Source: Okeania sp.
Lineage (GTDB): Bacteria; Cyanobacteriota; Cyanobacteriia; Cyanobacteriales; Microcoleaceae
Length of the DNA stretch: 32,000 nt
NCBI RefSeq assembly: GCF_035285525.1
Contig: NZ_JAYKGW010000108.1
Coordinates: 1-32,000, forward strand
Direction of reading: 5' to 3'
The notes beneath the pieces were generated by a model, which was not told the origin of the DNA, did no database searches, and saw only the letters and a program-made list of their open reading frames with translations. The first letter of the stretch is position 1; every line of letters starts with the position of its first letter. The translations under genes were made by a program, and so were the position numbers. Positions 31,436 to 32,000 of the stretch are shown here, piece by piece.

Positions 31436-32000
31436 ATGTTTAAAAACTTCAAAAAAATAGGCTATTGTTTTTTAACAGCAACGGTCTTGATACTCGGCAT
31501 TAGTTCAAAAACAAATAGTCAAAATACTGCTCCTGGTTTATGTCTGAGACATACAAGAATAAGTGGTTCGTCTGGAAATGTGATAGATACTAATTGGATA
31601 TGTTCAAGAGCAGGTAATTTTAGTAAATGGATTGGACTAGGAGATGATACAGGTTGGAAGGATCAAGAATTAGCTTTTAAAGCGATTGGTGGTGCAGAAA
31701 TTTGTTTAGAGCATACTAGAGTTAGTCCTTCTAGTGGATTACTCAGAGATAGCAAATGCAGTAGATCTTATAATGATATTCAGTCCGTAAATTTAGGAGA
31801 TGATACTGGTTGGAAAGATCAAAAATTGACCTTTACTATTTATACTCCTAGAGAAAATTACGAAATGTGTTTACAACATAGAAGAAGAAGTGGTAGTTCG
31901 GGAAAAGTAATTAATACTGGTTGGAAATGCGCTTCTGAGTATAATCAAGAAACTATTTATTTAGGAGATGATACTGGTTGGAGAGACCAAAACTTAAGAT
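31436..32000 (+). CDS. Secreted protein built of ~54-aa Cys-containing repeats (partial; runs off the window end)
   Basis: Not in the ORF track because it is open-ended. Hand translation gives MFKNFKKIGYCFLTATVLILGISS..., followed by three units of the form CL.H.R.S.SSG.......C(10-12 aa)LGDDTGW(K/R)DQ.L.F. Confidence 0.7.
   Translation, partial: MFKNFKKIGYCFLTATVLILGISSKTNSQNTAPGLCLRHTRISGSSGNVIDTNWICSRAGNFSKWIGLGDDTGWKDQELAFKAIGGAEICLEHTRVSPSSGLLRDSKCSRSYNDIQSVNLGDDTGWKDQKLTFTIYTPRENYEMCLQHRRRSGSSGKVINTGWKCASEYNQETIYLGDDTGWRDQNLR

Noticed and set aside
26700-32000. Integrated prophage or genomic island
   Set aside because: There is no integrase, transposase, tRNA attachment site, phage structural gene or clear flanking direct repeats. 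The region looks like eroded accessory chromosome.

Overview
This is an AT-rich cyanobacterial chromosomal segment, most likely from a filamentous heterocyst-forming (Nostocales-type) lineage. By eye I count 18 HIP1 octamers (GCGATCGC), at least ten short tandem STRR arrays (nine heptameric, one octameric), most lying at or within ~45 nt of gene boundaries, and eleven full-length copies of one MITE family. Recognisable intact genes are: an aldose 1-epimerase-family protein, glucokinase, an Rpn/DUF2887-type PD-(D/E)XK protein, a TetR-linked RND efflux pair (permease plus a membrane-fusion protein with a strongly expanded coiled coil), a second PD-(D/E)XK-like protein, a TPR protein, a GH116 (GBA2-type) beta-glucosidase, a HAMP sensor histidine kinase, an orphan PhnD-like lipoprotein binding protein, leucyl aminopeptidase, and small secreted or membrane proteins. 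Disrupted genes are unusually frequent: ParD/VapC remnants, a Uma2 endonuclease with a 1-nt insertion, a DUF6883/DUF4926 remnant inside the efflux operon, a fused GSMT-SDMT betaine-type methyltransferase with a 1-nt frameshift, a C5 DNA methyltransferase fragment, and an HTH-STAND NTPase with an in-frame stop and decayed 3' tandem duplications. Roughly two thirds of the window is intact coding sequence (hand estimate). I found no tRNA/rRNA, CRISPR array, transposase, integrase or complete known defence system. No intact multi-gene novel system can be demonstrated from the sequence alone. The best leads are: (i) a conserved ~35-nt double-hairpin core that is inverted relative to conserved flanks in its two copies; (ii) the repeat-bracketed fused methyltransferase with A9 tracts at its start; (iii) a symmetric, recent expansion of the efflux adaptor hairpin; and (iv) the decayed HTH-STAND locus, divergent from secreted Cys-containing repeat proteins that are preceded by orphan copies of their upstream element.
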